Shown piece after piece: positions 54,166 through 64,000 of a DNA stretch of 64,000 bases; the stretch's first letter is position 1; the number at the start of each line of letters is the position of its first letter. Below the pieces are notes generated by a model that saw only the letters and a program-made list of their open reading frames with translations, made no database searches and was not told where the DNA came from. Made by a program: the position numbers and the translations under genes. Source of the DNA: Phycisphaerae bacterium. Lineage in GTDB: Bacteria > Planctomycetota > Phycisphaerae > UBA1845. The stretch is taken from contig CAXXGO010000006.1 of assembly GCA_963666835.2 (NCBI GenBank), positions 224,001 to 288,000 of the forward strand, read 5' to 3'.

Positions 54166-56109
54166 ATGGCCATGGACTTCTTCGAAAGCCAGGATGTCGC
54201 GCGGCGTAAGACCGGCCGGCTGGTGATCCTGTTCATCCTGGCCGTGATTGCGATTATCGCCGCGGTTCACGTTCTGGTCGGATTGCTCTGGGGTTATGTG
54301 GGGCGGGATCCGGAAACGCATGGCCTCCAGTGGTCGCATCTGCTGGACTGGCAGCTTTTGGGGATTGTCGCCGGCAGTACGATTCTAGTAGTGGGCGGCG
54401 GGAGCCTTTTCAAAATCGCGCAGCTTCATGGCGGCGGTAGGGTCGTGGCGGAGACGCTGGGCGGCCGGCTCGTGCACGCGTCCACCAATGACCCCGACGC
54501 GCGCAAAGCGCTCAACGTGGTCGACGAGATGGCCATCGCCTCCGGCATTCCCGTGCCGCCGGTGTACTTGCTGGAACACGAGAAGGGTATCAACGCCTTC
54601 GCCGCCGGTTTCGCGCCGGGCGATGCGGTGATCGGCGTGACCCGCGGATGCATCGAGCAGCTCTCGCGCGACGAACTCCAAGGCGTCATCGCCCACGAGT
54701 TCAGTCACATCCTCAACGGCGACATGCGTCTGAACATCCGGCTGATAGGTGTTCTGCACGGCATTCTGGTGATCGGTATCATCGGCTACTTCATGTTCCG
54801 GTCGTCGTTCTATTCAGGGCATCGCCGGAGCCGCTCCAGCAAGGACGGCAGCCCCGTGCCGCTTCTGGCGCTCGGTGCGGGCCTGGCAATCATCGGGTAT
54901 GTGGGCACGTTCTTCGGTAATCTGATCAAGGCCGCGGTCAGCCGGCAGCGCGAGTTTCTCGCCGACGCCTCGGCCGTGCAGTTCACCCGGAACCCGCATG
55001 GAATCGCCGGGGCACTTAAGCGGATCGGCGGGTTCACGTCCGGTTCGAAGCTCGAAAGCCCCGGGGCGCCAGAGGCGAGCCACATGTTCTTCGCTCGGGG
55101 GGTGGCTTCGGCCTTGGGATCGCTTTCCGCCACTCATCCGCCGCTCCCGGAGCGAATCCGACGGATCGAACCCAACTGGGACGGCGGATTCACCAAAGGC
55201 GACCGACGGGAGCGCAAGGCGCGGGCGCCCGCCGCGCAGGCCGCCGGTTTCGCCGCGGCGCCGCCTTATGTTGCGCGGGCCGCGGAGCCGGCTCCGGCCG
55301 TGAGTCAGATCGGGCAGCTTACGGAGGCCCACGTCGACTACGCGGGGCAGCTTATAAGGAGCTTGCCGGCAGCTGTTACCGCGGCCGCCCGTGAGCCGTA
55401 CGGGGCGCGGGCGGTAGTGTATGCGCTGCTCATCGACAAGGAACCGGAGCCTCGTCGCGCCCAGCTTGCGAGGCTCGCGGAATACAGTGACCAAGGCGTA
55501 AGCGCCGAGACGGAACGGCTGTTGCCTTTGGTAGAACAGTTGGGGAGCGAAGTCCGTCTGCCTTTGGTCGACCTGCTCATTCCGACTCTGCGCGAACTCT
55601 CTCCGGCTCAGTATGACATCTTCAAACGCAACGTGGACGAGCTGGCTAAGGCCGACAAGAGGGTTGATCTGTTCGAGTGGACTCTCGGTCGGATTCTGCT
55701 GCACCATCTCGATCCGCATTTTGTCCGGACAGCGCCGCCGCGGGTGCAGTATTACGCTTTGAGTCGGCTGCAGCGGGAGTGCGAGGTGCTGCTATCCACG
55801 CTGGCGTATTCGGGTCACAAGGACCACGATCAAGCGCGGTCAGCCTTCGAACTTGCGGCCCCACGTTTGGGTTTGCCCAAACTGGGTATGACGCCGGTGA
55901 ATCAGTGCGGGCTCAAGGAGTTGGATAGCGCTTTGGACGCCCTGGCCTTGGTCGCGCCCCGGCTGAAGAAGCAGCTCGTCGAATCGTGTGCGGCGTGCGT
56001 CGGCGCGGATCGGGAAGTTACGGTCAAAGAGGCCGAGCTGCTCCGCGGCATCTGCGACGCCCTGGCCTGCCCCATGCCGCCGCTACTGCCGGGGCAACGG
56101 CTGATCTAG
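54166..56109 (+). CDS. M48 (HtpX-like) Zn metallopeptidase
   Basis: INAFAAG, HEFSH, SRQREFLADA, THPPL..RI; follows lemA. Confidence 0.93.
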   Translation: MAMDFFESQDVARRKTGRLVILFILAVIAIIAAVHVLVGLLWGYVGRDPETHGLQWSHLLDWQLLGIVAGSTILVVGGGSLFKIAQLHGGGRVVAETLGGRLVHASTNDPDARKALNVVDEMAIASGIPVPPVYLLEHEKGINAFAAGFAPGDAVIGVTRGCIEQLSRDELQGVIAHEFSHILNGDMRLNIRLIGVLHGILVIGIIGYFMFRSSFYSGHRRSRSSKDGSPVPLLALGAGLAIIGYVGTFFGNLIKAAVSRQREFLADASAVQFTRNPHGIAGALKRIGGFTSGSKLESPGAPEASHMFFARGVASALGSLSATHPPLPERIRRIEPNWDGGFTKGDRRERKARAPAAQAAGFAAAPPYVARAAEPAPAVSQIGQLTEAHVDYAGQLIRSLPAAVTAAAREPYGARAVVYALLIDKEPEPRRAQLARLAEYSDQGVSAETERLLPLVEQLGSEVRLPLVDLLIPTLRELSPAQYDIFKRNVDELAKADKRVDLFEWTLGRILLHHLDPHFVRTAPPRVQYYALSRLQRECEVLLSTLAYSGHKDHDQARSAFELAAPRLGLPKLGMTPVNQCGLKELDSALDALALVAPRLKKQLVESCAACVGADREVTVKEAELLRGICDALACPMPPLLPGQRLI

Positions 56110-56289
56110 TGCCGCTTCCAGTAAGAGGTGGTCCAGAATCCTCCCCCCTTGCCAAGGGGGGATTGAGGGGGTTCATTTCGCCGGGATGAACGATCCAGGC
56201 TAGTCGGCCGGGGCGCACCGCCCATCCGCCCAGCGGACACGGCCGGCAAGAGCGCATCGAGCGACGGGCCTCGCTCGCCGCGCGGGCTT

Positions 56290-56673
56290 TCAGCAGTTCT
56301 TCTGCAGATCCTGATAGAGCATCAGCGTGTTGCCGTCCGGGTCGAAGAAGGTCGCCAGTTTGACCATACCTTCGATGATGCGCGTGGGGCCGTCGAAACG
56401 GACGTCCTTGGCCTCGAGCTGCGCGCGGGCGTCGTCAATATCCACGACGCCGAAAGTGAGTACAACGCCGCCGGATCCGCCGCCAGCATCGCCACGCGAT
56501 AGCCCCACGTTAACGTTCGCGACTTCGGTGGCCAGCTCGCACCAACCCAGGTCGTCCATGCGGTACAGCATGCTGAAACCCAACACCTCCTGGTACCATT
56601 TGATGGCACCTTCGAAATCCGCGACCTGGATCCCGCAGGTCAACCCGCCGTCGTATTTGAGAGGTGATGCCAT
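56290..56673 (-). CDS. VOC/glyoxalase family protein
   Basis: VADFEGAIKWYQEVLG, FGVVDID, FFDPDGN. Confidence 0.92.
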   Translation of the reverse strand: MASPLKYDGGLTCGIQVADFEGAIKWYQEVLGFSMLYRMDDLGWCELATEVANVNVGLSRGDAGGGSGGVVLTFGVVDIDDARAQLEAKDVRFDGPTRIIEGMVKLATFFDPDGNTLMLYQDLQKNC

Positions 56674-57479
56674 GGTGCGCGCCTTTCCCGTTCGAGGTTC
56701 ATTTGAATAGACCAATCGTAGCACGGCCCCGTCATTGCACTCGACTATCGCGTGCGACGCAACCCGGGCTCGCTTGTGGCATGGCGATACCATACGCCCT
56801 GCCCACCCGACCTTGGGGCCGGCGGTGCTCCTCCGCCTCGAGTACTCGGCATTTGCGAAACCGGCGAAGACAATGAGACTGCGACCTGTCGTTGAAGCAG
56901 GTAGGGTCCGCTCCGCGGACCAATTCGCTTGTTGGCGGCAAAGGGCATCGAGGTTCGGATCGGACACCGGTGATTCAACATCATAAGGGAACCACGTTGG
57001 CGACCGCCGGGAGCTCTTCGATCATCGAAGTGCCGCCCTTGGGTTGACGTGCGACGCGATCCCGCGGCTTACGCCGCGGGCTGGACAGAGCTGTCGCCCT
57101 GACGGGCTGGTCCCGCACGCCACGCAGGTGGCACATATACGGCACTGTCGACCACGGGCAAGCTGCGCGCGTGCATGCTGGAAGCGCGGGCTGTGCGGCG
57201 GAATGCACATGAGCTGCGCTCATGCCACTCTCGATGGCAGGTCTCGTGCCTCGACCGTGCCCTACGAGGTCTTCGCGGGACGCGCGCCCGCATGGCGGGT
57301 CTCGCACCTCGAACGTCTACGGGGGGATGGTACGTGGGTGGCATGGGCCAACTTGTTGGCCCGTGGAGCGTGGTGCGGCGCAGGCGTCCACGAGCAAGCT
57401 GGAACAGTGCATCAGCGTAACGCGAGATCGAGTGACGAACCGTACTTCGCTACACAAACCGGCTATGCTTGCCACCCGC

Positions 57480-58048
57480 CGCGGGTCTCGTTCCTCGACC
57501 GTGCCCTACAGCCGCCGATGCTGCCCTACAAGGAGGCCGTCGTAATCAGCCTCGGTGGCAGGTCTCGTTCCTCGACCGTGCCCTACACCCGCCGATGCCG
57601 CCCTACAAGGAGGCCGCCGTAATCAGCCTCGGTGGCAGGTCTCGTTCCTCGACCGTGCCCTACACCCGCCGATGATGCCCTACAAGGAGGCCGTCGTAAT
57701 CAGCCTCGGTGGCAGGTCTCGTTCCTCGACCGTGCCCTACAGCCGCCGATGCTGCCCTACAAGGAGGCCGTCGTAATCAGCCTCAGTGGCAGGTCTCGTT
57801 CCTCGACCGTGCCCTACAGCCGCCGATGCTGCCCTACAAGGAGGCCGTCGTAATCAGCCTCGGTGGCAGGTCTCGTTCCTCGACCGTGCCCTACACCCGC
57901 CGATGCTGCCCTACAAGGAGGCCGTCGTAATCAGCCTCGGTGGCAGGTCTCGTTCCTCGACCGTGCCCTACACCCGCCGATGCCGCCCTACAAGGAGGCC
58001 GTCGTAATCAGCCTCGATGGCAGGTCTCGTTCCTCGACCGTGCCCTAC
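57480..58048. repeat. 77-bp tandem array built on the REP (7 units plus terminal REP)
   Basis: GGCAGGTCTCGTTCCTCGACCGTGCCCTAC starts at 57480 (degenerate), 57557, 57634, 57711, 57788, 57865, 57942 and 58019, with near-identical 47-bp linkers. Confidence 0.95.
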
Positions 58049-58627
58049 AGGGGTGCCAACCGGGTGGGTCAACTTGTTGAGCCGTGGAGCAAGTACGGTC
58101 CACGGAGTGGGCCCTGCACGCTGACGTACAATGGTGCGAGACATCTCATGCCGCCCGGTTGCGAGTGAATATCCGGTGCTTTCTCGCGGGGGACACCGAA
58201 CGAACATAAGCGGCGGGCAAGCGTGGAGGGACAGAGCAGTGTCACAATGGCGTGACCCCGTTGGGGTAGACTTCTCATCTGAGCGTGGACCCAGGGTAGC
58301 CGCTGCGCGGCAACCCTGGGCTTCAGGGCGAAACGCCTTCGGCGTAGTTCCACACGGCGAGGTGTTTATGTTTGGCGACGCGGGAACCTTCGGAAGAGAG
58401 ACGCCCACGTCACCTGCTGAGCCACCGTACGATTAGCAAACCGCCGGCACACCGCTCGTGGCAGTGCCCCGTTTGCAATACGTAGCTGTGGCCGCTTGCG
58501 ACGTCAAGAAGGTGTTTCTGGCTCGTCCGTTTTCGGCGGGGGATGTAAGAACCCGTCAGATTCGGCGAGGGGTAAGGGCGGGAGCGGGCATTACTATGGT
58601 AGAAGATCATCGATGAGGAGTATTCAC

Positions 58628-59221
58628 GTGGAAATCGCCGGGGCGGCCGCCGGCCTGCGACAAACCGCATCGATCGAACGCACCTGTAACCGGGACGACC
58701 GGCTGCGGGAGGTGTTCGACCGGGTCGGGGAGGGGCTGTACCGCTTCATCCTGATGCGTGTGGGTGGAGATCGGCACACGGCTGATGATCTTCTGCAGCA
58801 GACGTGCTATGAGGCGGCACGTCATCGTCGACCGCCGACCGATAACGGCGAGTGTGCGGCTTGGATGTGGGGGATCGCGCGTAACCTGCTCCGCCGGCAC
58901 TGGCGTGATCAGAAGCGGCAGGCGGGGTTGATTCCGTTGGACAGTGCGGCGGCCCAACTGGCCGACTGCCTGGAGGCGCGTCCGCTACCGCAAGACGCTC
59001 TGATCCGGGAGGAGATGGCCGACGCCTTGTTGTTAGCTGTCACAGAGCTGGCAGCAGAGGATCAACGCCTTGTGTTTGGTTATTACTTCGACGGGCGCCG
59101 CCAGGCGGAGATCGCCCGCGACGAGGGTATTACGGAGAAGAGCGTCGAGACCAGATTGGCTCGGGCGCGGCAGCGGCTGCGGAACACTCTTCGCAGCATG
59201 GGAAGGTCAGGTGGACGATGA
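58628..59221 (+). CDS. ECF sigma-70 factor
   Basis: ADDLLQQT, AWMWGIARN, EIARDEGITEKSVETRLARAR. GTG start follows GAGGAG. Confidence 0.9.
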   Translation: MEIAGAAAGLRQTASIERTCNRDDRLREVFDRVGEGLYRFILMRVGGDRHTADDLLQQTCYEAARHRRPPTDNGECAAWMWGIARNLLRRHWRDQKRQAGLIPLDSAAAQLADCLEARPLPQDALIREEMADALLLAVTELAAEDQRLVFGYYFDGRRQAEIARDEGITEKSVETRLARARQRLRNTLRSMGRSGGR

Positions 59222-60342
59222 ATACGCCACATGATCCGGATAAACAGTTTCACGACAATCTACGCTCGGTGGGTCGGCAAGTGCAGGTCCCTGACGGACC
59301 TTCAAGCCAGACCATGGCGCGGTGCCGCGCTGCTTTGGACCCGGCCAACCGAACAACGAAATGGAGTATTTTTGCGATGATTAAGAAACCAGCCGTCTTG
59401 TCGGCAGTTGGAGTGGCGGCTTCCATCGTTGTGGCCGTGGGGTTTTTCCTCCCGGTCGGCACCGGTCCGACCGTCCAAGCCGCGACCATCATTCAGAAGC
59501 TCGACGAGCAGATCCAGCAGAACCCGCGCATCGAGGTGACCATCGACTCGCTGAGCGTCGATGAGGTTTTCGTGAATGGGACCGTACAGATCTCGGAGCA
59601 GGGAGTGGCCGGCGATATGGCCGTTCAGGTCTATGACCAGCCCGGCGGAGAGCTCGAGGTGGAAGTTGATCTTTCCCTGGGGATTACCGACGACGGCGGT
59701 TGGGTGCTGCTCCGCAAATTGGTGGTTCCGGACCCGAAGGCCCAGGCGATGCTGGCGATGTTCATGCCGCCGGGCGGCGAAATACTGCTTCTGTTGCCTA
59801 AGGAAGCCCTCGACGCGGATATCGGAGCCGACGTGAGAACCGAACTGGGCAGCCTGAACGAACTGCAGTCCGGGGAGCTGGTGTCCATATTCCAACAGTT
59901 GATCGAGGCCCACGCCGACTACGGCATTAACCTCGTGAACCAAGCCGATGGTACTGTGCTTCTTTCGCTATCGATAGATGACGCCGAAGCGCTGGCCGGG
60001 TTTGAGCAAATGCTCATCGCCTCTGCCGGAGCCGCGGCTGAAGAGGCTATCGCGGATGTTACGGCCGACGCCGACGTTGAAATCAATCTTCTGGATATGG
60101 ACGAAGGCAACGAACTGATCGGCTGCACGCTAAGCGTCGTGTACGACCCGGCTACAGAGAAGGTCCGGTCCTTCGGGATTGAAGGGCTCGGCGGGCCCGA
60201 CAGCCGGATCAACATAGTCATTGGCGAAGGTGAGATCGACCCGGACTTGTTCGACTCGGATCGCGTGGTGACCCCCAGCACGCGGACCTTCGACCTGGGC
60301 GCTTTGGAAGCCATGTTCGGGCAGTTTGACTCCGAAGAGTAA
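59218..60342 (+). CDS. Probable anti-sigma factor (single TM, acidic extracytoplasmic domain)
   Basis: ATGA overlap with the sigma gene; TM GVAASIVVAVGFFL. Confidence 0.75.
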   Translation: MNTPHDPDKQFHDNLRSVGRQVQVPDGPSSQTMARCRAALDPANRTTKWSIFAMIKKPAVLSAVGVAASIVVAVGFFLPVGTGPTVQAATIIQKLDEQIQQNPRIEVTIDSLSVDEVFVNGTVQISEQGVAGDMAVQVYDQPGGELEVEVDLSLGITDDGGWVLLRKLVVPDPKAQAMLAMFMPPGGEILLLLPKEALDADIGADVRTELGSLNELQSGELVSIFQQLIEAHADYGINLVNQADGTVLLSLSIDDAEALAGFEQMLIASAGAAAEEAIADVTADADVEINLLDMDEGNELIGCTLSVVYDPATEKVRSFGIEGLGGPDSRINIVIGEGEIDPDLFDSDRVVTPSTRTFDLGALEAMFGQFDSEE

Positions 60343-60486
60343 ACCCGGCTAAGCCCGGTAGGATGAGAACGCAGCGCCCTCGGGAACCGACCAGGGACCC
60401 GAGGGCGTTGCTTATCCTGACTTCAACATCGGGGCAGCCAATCAACGGAGTACGTCGTACAGTTACCGGGATCGCGCGAAAACCCC

Positions 60487-60843
60487 GTAGGGCACGGTCG
60501 AGGCACGAGACCTGCCATCGAGGCCGCAATGGGCCGAATCGCACGAGAACGTGCCACGCGCGTGGCTCGAGGAACCAGCCGGTCAGGGCGACAGCTTTGC
60601 CTGACCCGCGGCGTGAGCCGCGGGATCGAGTCGCCATGTTGGCCCCAGCCCCGCCCGCGGCGGCACTTCGATACTCGAAGAGGTCCCCGCGGTCGCCAAC
60701 GCGCTCTCCCTATGATGTTCAATCACCGGCGTCCGATCGAAACTTCGAGGTCCTCTGCCGCCCGCAAGGGGCTTGGCGCAAAGCCGCACAGTTTCCCCCA
60801 GGCTTACGCCGTGGGGCTACAGGACCTGTCGCCCCAAGGGGCT
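60487..60843 (+). repeat. ~350-bp composite palindromic element (copy 2)
   Basis: Colinear with 30068-30418; partial inverted copy at ~57010-57130. Confidence 0.85.
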
Positions 60844-60892
60844 GTCCGCCGGCGGCGTATGTTCGGAGAAGGCGCGTTGCGCAAGGGCGCAG

Positions 60893-61704
60893 GCAGGGAT
60901 GCCTGCGCTACGCGAAAAGCAAAGGCAGGTCTCGTGCCTCGACCGTGCCCTACCCCTGGCACCGCGGCTCCGCCCACGCCGAGGGCGTACTCGGACGGGA
61001 CGCAGTCCGCACATCACAGAGAGGACTCTCTCATCTCGTCTGCCAAGGCTAGTACCATTGGGCTGAGCCCGACCTACCGCACTGCAGGGATGCCTGCGCT
61101 ACGCGAAAAGCAAAGGCAGGTCTCGTGCCTCGACCGTGCCCTACCCCTGACACCGCGGCTCCGCCCACGCCGAGGGCGTACTCGGACGGGACGCAGTCCG
61201 CACATCACAGAGAGGGCTCGCTCATCTCGTCTGCCAAGGCTAGTACCATTGGGCTGAGCCCGACCTACCGCACTGCAGGGATGCCTGCGCTACGCGAAAA
61301 GCAAAGGCAGGTCTCGTGCCTCGACCGTGCCCTACCCCTGACACCGCGGCTCCGCCCACGCCGAGGGCGTACTCGGACGGGACGCAGTCCGCACATCACA
61401 GAGAGGGCTCGCTCATCTCGTCTGCCAAGGCTAGTACCATTGGGCTGAGCCCGACCTACCGCACTGCAGGGATGCCTGCGCTACGCGAAAAGCAAAGGCA
61501 GGTCTCGTGCCTCGACCGTGCCCTACCTCTGACACCGCGGCTCCGCCCACGCCGAAGGCGTATTCGGGCGGGACGCAGTCCGCACATCAGAGAGGACTCT
61601 CTCGTCTCGCCTGCCAAGGTTAGTACCATTAGGCAAAGCCGGACCTACCGTACTCTCTCGTTTCGTCTGCCAAGGTTGGTGCCATTGAGCAGAGCCCGAC
61701 CTAC
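60893..61704. repeat. 191-bp tandem array (4 units plus partial) of three REP families
   Basis: GCAGGGATGCCTGCGCTAC starts at 60893, 61084, 61275 and 61466. Confidence 0.95.
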
Positions 61705-61735
61705 CTGGCTACCGTGCGGGCGGCCTGGATCCGTA

Positions 61736-64000
61736 TTACTCCATTGCCGATTGCAGGACGGCAAAGTCCGCACTATCCACGTCACCGTCGACTCCAAAAT
61801 CAAAGGCGTTTAGACAATCGTCCGCGGTTACGCCCGGGAGGCTCGGGGTCGGATCCGCGTTCGGACCGGCCATGCAGTCACTGAAAACGAGGTAGTCGTC
61901 CAGATCCACCACGTCGTCTCCGTTCCAGTCACCCGACATCTGCCCAACCGTAATCGTGACGCTGCCGGAGTCATAGGTAACCGTATACTGCCCGGCCGAT
62001 TGGATCTCATCGAACTTCCCGTCCACCGCACCGGCGGTCAGGATCGTAAAAGAGTCACCGATTGCCGGCACGAAGCCGTCAGTCAGCACGATCCGCAGCT
62101 TGCCGCCCAACCTGGCCGTGGAACTGACGGTTAACAGGTCGTAGCTGTCGCCCTGGACAAGCCCGCCTAACTCGATGACGAGGGTCCCGTCCGCATCTTG
62201 GATGTACGTGCCTTGAATGTGCAAGCTTCCCGTTTCGCTCCCGGGGGCAACCGTACCCTCGACGTTGCTGACACTGCCCGAGAAAGTCCCGTCACCGGTC
62301 AGTGTGCCGCTCAGCGAGGTCACCCCGGGGGCCGTGATGGTACCGTCTACTTCGGTAACCGAGCCGGACGAAGGCGTATACTCTCTGGTCAATAGCAACG
62401 TCTTACCTGTGGGCACTTCGAGAGCCCCTTCGTTAATAAGGAACGACCGGATGTCGTTGTTGCCAAGGATGCGCATTGTGTGGCCGGCGGAGTTGGTGAG
62501 ATTGTAGGCGTTGTCGATATCGTTGTGCCCGCCGATACTGAACACCCCGGTCCCGGTCAGCACGGTGTCGCCGGCCAGGAGAAGATTCGTTCCGGACCCG
62601 CCGCCTTGCACTTCAAAGGTCCCGAGGTTGGTGATAGTGCCCGAAACGTAGCCCGGGCCCTGCCCGTTAGGTACCATGAGGGTGCCGAGGTTAGTCAGGT
62701 CGGAGATCAAAGAGTTGCTCGCGAGTTGGATGACCCCGTCGTCCGTGGTGTCCAGTGCACCGCCTCGCACGGAGGCACTGCGTAGAGAGGCGATTGAGCC
62801 GGCCAGGGCCCGGATAAGACCGCCGGTGTTATCGTAGGCTCCGGAAGTGACCTGCAGCGTTCCGCCGCTGCTACCCTGCATTATTCCGGTGTTGTAGTTG
62901 GTTTCGCCGTCGGTCGTGTTGATGATCAGCGGATAGGCCGGGTTGTCGGCGTCGATTGTGCCCTCGTTGGTGAGAGTCATCAGGTTCTTGCCCAGCTCGC
63001 GCGATCCGCGGATGGTGTGGTTGGCGGCATTGGTAAGGCGGTCGGTGGCGGTCGCCCCGCGCAGGGCGTTCGGTCCGGACGGACCGAGGACCACCTCGCC
63101 GGTGCCGCTGAGGGTCACGTCGCCGTTCATATACAGGTTCACGCCGTTTCCGAGACTGGTTAGTTCGATGGTGCCCTGGTTGATAATGGTTCCCTGGGCG
63201 TAGCCACCTCCGCCGGCGTCGTTCGGCAGCAGGATCGCGCCGTCGTTGGTCAAGTCGGCGATGACGCCGCCGGCGCGTAGTTCGATGTTCCCGCTTCCAT
63301 CCGTAACGAGCCGGCCACCGCTGACCAGCGCCCCGGTTGAGATCTGGGCGGTCGAGCTGTCGGCGGCTTCGATCTGCCCATTCGTGTTGTCGTAGGTTCC
63401 GGAGGTAATCTGAAGAGTCGCGCCGTTGCTCGCCCGCATCGTGCCGGTGTTGTAGTTGGATTCGCCGTCGGTCATGTCGATGGTCAGCGGGTAGGCCGGG
63501 TTGTCGGCGTCGATTGTGCCCTCGTTGGTGAGGGTCATGCGGTTCTTGCCCAGCTCGCGCGAGCCGCGGATGGTGTGGTTGGCGGCATTGGTAAGGCGAT
63601 CGGTGGCGGTTGCCCCGCGAACGTAGTTTGGTCCCGACGGACCGAGGACGATATCACCGTCACCCTCGAACGTAACGTCACCGTCGATGGACAGCGCAGT
63701 GCTGTAATGGACGCTGGTTAGTTCGATTGTGCCCTGGTTGGTAATGGTCCCGCGAACGAACCCGGTGCCGCCGCCGTTGGGCACACGGAGGGTTCCGGTG
63801 TTGGTGATGTCACACGCCACAGCGGAATCGCGCAGTTCAACGACGCCGTCACCGACGGTGGTAGTCTCGCCGTTGGACACAACGGCCCCGGTGGTGATCT
63901 GGGCGACGGAACCGTCCATGCCGCGAATGAGCCCGTCGGTGTTATCGAAGGTGCCCCCCAGCAGTTGGAGGGTGCCGCCGGCGGAGGCCTGCATAGTCCC
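61736..64000 (-). CDS. C-terminal part of a large extracellular beta-strand-repeat protein with dockerin/EF-hand-like tail
   Basis: G/N/T-rich ~186-aa internal repeats, autotransporter-passenger-like 'GTVAPG..GSL.I.G.Y.Q' segment, GDWNGDDVVDLDD and DGDVDSADF. Frame is open to the window edge. Confidence 0.85.
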   Translation of the reverse strand, partial: GTMQASAGGTLQLLGGTFDNTDGLIRGMDGSVAQITTGAVVSNGETTTVGDGVVELRDSAVACDITNTGTLRVPNGGGTGFVRGTITNQGTIELTSVHYSTALSIDGDVTFEGDGDIVLGPSGPNYVRGATATDRLTNAANHTIRGSRELGKNRMTLTNEGTIDADNPAYPLTIDMTDGESNYNTGTMRASNGATLQITSGTYDNTNGQIEAADSSTAQISTGALVSGGRLVTDGSGNIELRAGGVIADLTNDGAILLPNDAGGGGYAQGTIINQGTIELTSLGNGVNLYMNGDVTLSGTGEVVLGPSGPNALRGATATDRLTNAANHTIRGSRELGKNLMTLTNEGTIDADNPAYPLIINTTDGETNYNTGIMQGSSGGTLQVTSGAYDNTGGLIRALAGSIASLRSASVRGGALDTTDDGVIQLASNSLISDLTNLGTLMVPNGQGPGYVSGTITNLGTFEVQGGGSGTNLLLAGDTVLTGTGVFSIGGHNDIDNAYNLTNSAGHTMRILGNNDIRSFLINEGALEVPTGKTLLLTREYTPSSGSVTEVDGTITAPGVTSLSGTLTGDGTFSGSVSNVEGTVAPGSETGSLHIQGTYIQDADGTLVIELGGLVQGDSYDLLTVSSTARLGGKLRIVLTDGFVPAIGDSFTILTAGAVDGKFDEIQSAGQYTVTYDSGSVTITVGQMSGDWNGDDVVDLDDYLVFSDCMAGPNADPTPSLPGVTADDCLNAFDFGVDGDVDSADFAVLQSAME

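Noticed and set aside
57480..58048. CRISPR array
   Set aside because: The spacers are near-identical copies, the repeat is the dispersed REP, and there are no cas genes or leader in the window.
60893..61704. Repeated ORFs (107-242 aa) in the 191-bp array and 73-aa ORFs in the 77-bp array
   Set aside because: They are by-products of non-coding tandem repeats; the unit lengths are not multiples of 3.

Overview
This is a GC-rich bacterial chromosome segment. It is probably Planctomycetota and Phycisphaerae-like (inferred from H-X9-DG/DUF1559-type, CxxCGY zinc-ribbon, IPTL-CTERM and dockerin-like motifs). It holds the replication-origin cluster dnaA-(oriC)-dnaN-DUF721-gyrB, with an archaeal-type topoisomerase VI pair (top6B-top6A) directly divergent from dnaA. 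Other content: RNase P RNA, a stand-alone HerA ATPase, an orphan Mu gp26/gp27-like pair, a CHAT-NTPase-TPR (NLR-like) gene with shuffled 120-bp repeats, trpB, sahR-ahcY, eno plus an ftsB-like gene, two ECF sigma/anti-sigma pairs, LemA/HtpX, a heme-c multi-PAS hybrid kinase and large secreted proteins. Intergenic DNA is packed with several GTAG-type REP-like palindrome families, including 77-bp and 191-bp tandem arrays. The most striking observation is a group II intron family that homes into one of these REPs. An ORF-less 670-nt copy (35364-36033) and a 140-nt ends-only mini copy (10347-10486) sit at the same phosphodiester bond of the REP (GAGACCTG|CCGC). Empty target sites occur elsewhere in the window. 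The intron's EBS1 (CAGGUC) is exactly complementary to the REP sequence, and both copies have a non-canonical 5' end (GAAAGC...). All calls come from reading the sequence by eye; no searches were run.
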